Part shown: piece after piece, positions 59,601-64,000 of the stretch
How the letters are laid out: each line of letters starts with the position of its first letter
How positions within the stretch are numbered: position 1 is the first letter of the stretch
Source of the DNA: Mytilus edulis
Taxonomy: Eukaryota
NCBI RefSeq assembly: GCF_963676685.1
Contig: NC_092348.1
Coordinates: 74,586,001-74,650,000 of the forward strand
Length of the DNA: 64,000 bases
Reading direction: 5' to 3'
Notes under the pieces: model-generated
Told to the model about the DNA's origin: nothing
What the model saw: the letters and a program-made list of their open reading frames with translations, nothing else
Databases searched by the model: none
Position numbers and translations under genes: made by a program

Positions 59601-62600
59601 TTGCGAATTTTTGATGAAAATAATATAAAAATTGAAATCAAGAATCAAGAACTAAGAATTATTTCTAATAGACGGCTATGCTAATTTTATTTTGACCTTG
59701 TTGTAACATTGTTGTTGAAATTAATTGCTGTCCATTGTTTTGCTAACTGTTGTTTTTCTGTTTTATGACATTAACTTATGACCATACGTTGCTCATTGTC
59801 TTGCTGTTGTTTTTGACAGGAATTGCTTTCCTTATTTTACTACAATGATCACCCTCTGTTTGCGGAGGGTTTTGTTAATTGGTTTATTAACGACTGTTTG
59901 GAAGAGATAATTCCTGACCTGCTAATAGAGACACTTAATGATCTAAATAAACTGGTTTGTAGCTAACATATCCTCCCTCTTACTAACCACTCTGTGTGTG
60001 CATGGTAATACTACTCAACTCACATACACACATCTGTTTGCTTTTTATTTTCTTGTAGACATATTATTGGTATATGTATAATATACACATATTTAATGAT
60101 ATATATTTTATTACAAAAGTCTGTATAAACTATAGGTACCTATTTGAATTACATTGACATCAATAATACATATATAAACACTAAATATCAACAGTATCAT
60201 ATCATGATACTGTTGATAGCTTTTGAATATTAATTTTGTATGCTGGCTTTAAAATTACTTTTTATACAGGTTACATGTACATTATAAACCTGTGCATAAT
60301 CAACATGTATTTCCTAAAATAGTTAGTTTACAATAAAAAAAACAACAACATCAAGTGAACATGTAAAATTATTGTAAAACAAAAATGAAATTGTAAAGGT
60401 AAAGAGACATTGTGTTGTCAATATCCACTAAAAATGAAGGTCAGTGTTCATGTAAATCTTCATTTGTGAGTATATACTTAATGTATGAGTCAGTATATGT
60501 CAAGCTAAAGAAAAACTCTGAGAATGGTTTAAATTTCTGCAATAAGCCAAAAGGCTGTTTCCCAGTAATAAACAAAAACACAAAATAGATAAGTAGTAGA
60601 CAGTCATGCAAGGATCACCAGGGTAATGGCTTTCCCAAAGCACATTTAAGAATATTGAGGAATGTATATTTATTTACATAAATACTTTGTTAAATATAAT
60701 TTGTCAATATTTAAAAAGAGGACATGTACATTAAAAATTCTAAGATGATATTTTATTTAACAAAGTTCTGTTTCACAAGTAGATTTTTAGATATAGCTAG
60801 CTGCCACATATAAGTTTGAATTTTTTGTTTTCACAGTTTTATTTTTGAATTGTACTGCTAGAAAATTAGTTGATAGTATTCCACAGACTGGGTTTTTTGG
60901 TTGACACCATAGATTATATCATTGATTTGAGCAAATTAGCTGTTGGTAGAAGATAAAGTTATAAAACCCACTTTCAGAAAAATGCGCAATCAACATGCAA
61001 AAAAAAAAATATTTTCAAACAAAGTTATTGGTTTAATATATTTGAATGTTCAATTATACATAAAAAAAAAATATATAATAATTGTTATTCTATCAATTTT
61101 TCACAATTATATAAATCGTGTTATGTTGTTTCAGAAATAAGGACCTGGAATTTAACTTAGACTCCTCAACACATTTACTGCAGGATGCTAATTTTTTGTA
61201 AGAATTTAGTTTAAAGTATAAAAAAATTGTTTTTGAATCATTTGCTAAATTAGTACAAGCCTGATTATTATACTTTGTCTTTATATAAAAAGCTAAGGAT
61301 AGCCAACTTTAGCAAGTCAATATTATGAAGCAACTTCATTTTGCACACATTTTTAAGACAATGCATAATAGAGATGACATTATCATTTTAGCCCAGAAAT
61401 CATCCATATTATGACAAGGCACAGATAATATGTAATCAGATACTAGAAGAAGTCTTACCAGATGTGACGCATGAAGCCGTCAGACAAGCCATGAGTGAAT
61501 TGGTTGGAGAGTAAGTTATTGTGCTTACATATTAGGTTCTCCAAATTAATGATGAGTATGATATTAAAAAATTAAGATGTGGAATGATTGCCAATGAGAC
61601 AACTCTCCGCAAGAGACTAAATGACACAGAAATGTACGACTACAGGTCACCGTATTGCCTTCAACAATGAGTAAAACACATACAGCATAGTCAGCTGTAA
61701 AAGGTCACAAAATGACAAACGAGAAACTTTAAAATAGTCTGCTTAATATTTGATTAAAGGAGGGAGGCAGACACGACTGGTTGGCCTGTAAAACTTACTG
61801 TCATTAAAACCAGTTATTATCACTCCTACATTGTTTGGATCTGTCATACTAGCCATTAGAACAGACATTTTACAGAAGATTTTAGAGTTGGGGTTTGTTA
61901 AACTAGTTGTGATTACCGATAAGTTGAATTTAATCTATTGTAATATCAATCTTTCATTCAGGTTATCATCTTATTTATGTGTGTAATTGTATCACAGGCC
62001 ACAACTTACTTGAGCAATCTTATATCTACATATACTATCCACTCCTGATGATCATAACTCTAGCCATATGTTACACTGAGGGTCTCTATTCTTGCCTTCA
62101 TGAAACTTAAAATAAAAATATTTAAGTCATATTTTACACAATTGTTCATCGTCAATTGGCCCATCAATATATTACTACCTGATGGTAGCAGAAGCATACA
62201 GATGCTTTTACATCTTATCTCATTTGAATGTTAAAGTGCAAGCTTGAGTTTTGAACAGATCCTATGTTTTGTATAAGGAGTGTATTTAGGATCAAGAAGG
62301 GTCCATCTTTACCCTAAATTTCTTGACATTTAAATGAAGTGATAAATAATAAAATTTGACTATTTTTTTCCTAGATTTGATTTGTTTACTTTTAACAACA
62401 TTGTCAACATTTAAGGACATTCAACTTTTTTAACCCATTGCATCATTTTAGTTTGGTCGCAAGGTGTTGCCAATGTTTTTCAGAAGGAAATAGACCTTAC
62501 AAATGCATAATTATAGGTAAATTGGCAAAACACTCGTAATATATCATTCTTATAAAGCTGTCAAAATTGTTAAAACAAATATAGTTACAGACAACAAAAG

Positions 62601-63068
62601 TGTTTAGTTTGTCTAATTTGCATACGGAAGATCATAGATTTTTACCAATGGTATTAAAAGTTTGATTTTAAGGACCGTTTTAAGTCCTTCATCTGGCAAG
62701 GGCCAAACTCTTGTATTCTTCATATATCTAAGACAGTTCATTTGTCTTCAATCTGCCCAAAGTAGAATTTAGATATTTTAAAGGTACATGTAAACAAAAT
62801 GCAAGTCTAATTTTATTTGTTTTAACTCAAACTATCATTTGGTTTTGCATACTGCTGTATTTTGAACATACATAAAGTTGTAGATTGAAATGTTTTTCTT
62901 TTCTTTATTAGCTACATGGGATTTTCCCAGCAGAGACCAACTGCAGATAGAATTAATGAGTTAGTAGCCGGTGCTGCCCCAGTTGGACAAGAGGATGTCT
63001 CGGAGTCATTTAATACAGTATTAGACGATTTAATCCAGGATCATATTGAAGAAATTCAACAAGAATTG
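53638..63068 (+). CDS. Multi-exon host gene of unknown function, continuing beyond the last exon seen; exons 53638-53811, 54367-54465, 55270-55720, 57213-57290, 59820-59954, 61392-61510, 62912-63068; possible upstream exons 50780-50785 and 51792-51856
   Basis: GT-AG boundaries with compatible phases; Arg/Ser/Pro-rich then Pro/Tyr/His/Gln-rich low-complexity N-terminus followed by acidic helical segments. Confidence 0.75.
56135..56995 (-). mobile_element. Intronic Helentron-like non-autonomous element with tandem internal repeats
   Basis: Repeated gtttgtgattaggtcagttt...atatttggtatgcagttgtattagcat units; terminal hairpin-like segments. Confidence 0.55.
58095..58541 (-). mobile_element. Helentron-like non-autonomous element, same family as 8829-9101, with two internal repeat units
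   Basis: ttttatgccccacctacgatagtagaggggcat hairpin, (CGTC)n, ends cattcttgtt. Confidence 0.75.
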
Positions 63069-64000
63069 GTATAAATATAAAACTTTATTGAATTTGAAAT
63101 TCAATAAACCTTAAATCAGTTTTGTTGATAGAGAAATGACTTTTCAAGATAAACGTTAATTAAGAAATGTAGATTAAGTTCCAAATGACTATCAATAGAA
63201 ACTGTTAATAGAGAGAAAATGAATTGATACCCATAAAAAAAATGATTTCAAGAATAAAAACAAAAATATACGGTATAGCACAGGTTGAAATATATTGGCG
63301 GTTATAATTTTGATGGATTCAATACTTTTATCAATACCTTTGTATGTGCTGTTTTAAATTGGTGGAATTTATTTTGGGGATTTTGTTGAATTTTTCAAAA
63401 ATTTGCAATCTTCGAAAATAACCCGCTATACGGTATTGAATATTGATTTAGTTTTTTTAATATGTTCATGATGTTTATTGAGGATTGTCCCTCCAAATTT
63501 TGGGATATCCCAGCATTCTGAGTTGAATACGCATCATGAATCTAATGATATGTTTTATAACTTACAGAAAGTTCTTTTTAACCATTTTAATCATCTACCA
63601 CCATCTTTTGACAATGTTATTTGGCCTAAATTTTACAAGAGCTACACAATTTTAGATATAAACTTGCATATAGTTTCTTTGTTATCAAAGTTTATAATGT
63701 TACTATTTATGAATAAAAAAATTAAAGGTGAAAATTTTGAAAGTATGTTATTATTAAGCATGTTAAGCAAATGCAGTTAATTCATAAATTTTTGCATGAA
63801 TTTATTATTTCAATATTTGAAAAATAAACACAAATGCGTGATCAATTATTGTAATTGCAGGAAAAGCTGCATATAGATATATGCATCACAAATCATGATA
63901 CAAGATCTTATTATTTCAATACTCATAAAGTCTATTATTTACATTAATTGAAAATTTCACAACTTCTGAATTTACCAAATAGTAGTTGAATAATTTTCGG

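Overview
AT-rich eukaryotic (animal) genomic DNA; the repeat landscape suggests a bivalve mollusc such as Mytilus (inference). The main feature is an apparently complete endogenous Polinton/Maverick (adintovirus-like) element at 14300-42206, with AGTAGT...ACTACT termini, 55-bp perfect TIRs and a 6-bp ATTTTT target-site duplication. A 9,882-bp block (22279-32160) is repeated after a 100-N gap (32261-42142). The only differences I noticed between the two copies are homopolymer indels, so this is almost certainly an unmerged contig overlap and the real element is about 17.9 kb. The left half is a compact, intronless, stop/start-overlapping core: integrase with chromodomain, a minimal minor capsid, a basic core protein, major capsid, adenain-like protease, packaging ATPase, two small ORFs and a protein-primed PolB. 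The right half looks empty in the ORF track but hides a spliced accessory module: (i) a 3-exon PC4-like protein with a poly-Glu, multi-SIM tail; (ii) a SOCS-box-like protein whose 22-nt first exon overlaps that gene's stop codon; (iii) a membrane-anchored or secreted PC4-fold paralog nested antisense inside the intron of (ii); and (iv) a 4-exon type I membrane protein with an alternative terminal exon whose splice acceptor can be masked by a 22-bp RNA duplex. Telomeric (TAACCC)n/(GGGTTA)n tracts sit about 400 bp inside both ends, within a long degenerate inner TIR. The flanks hold host MITEs, Helentron-like non-autonomous elements, a 10-finger C2H2 gene and a multi-exon host gene of unknown function. 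All gene models and domain calls were made by eye, without database searches.
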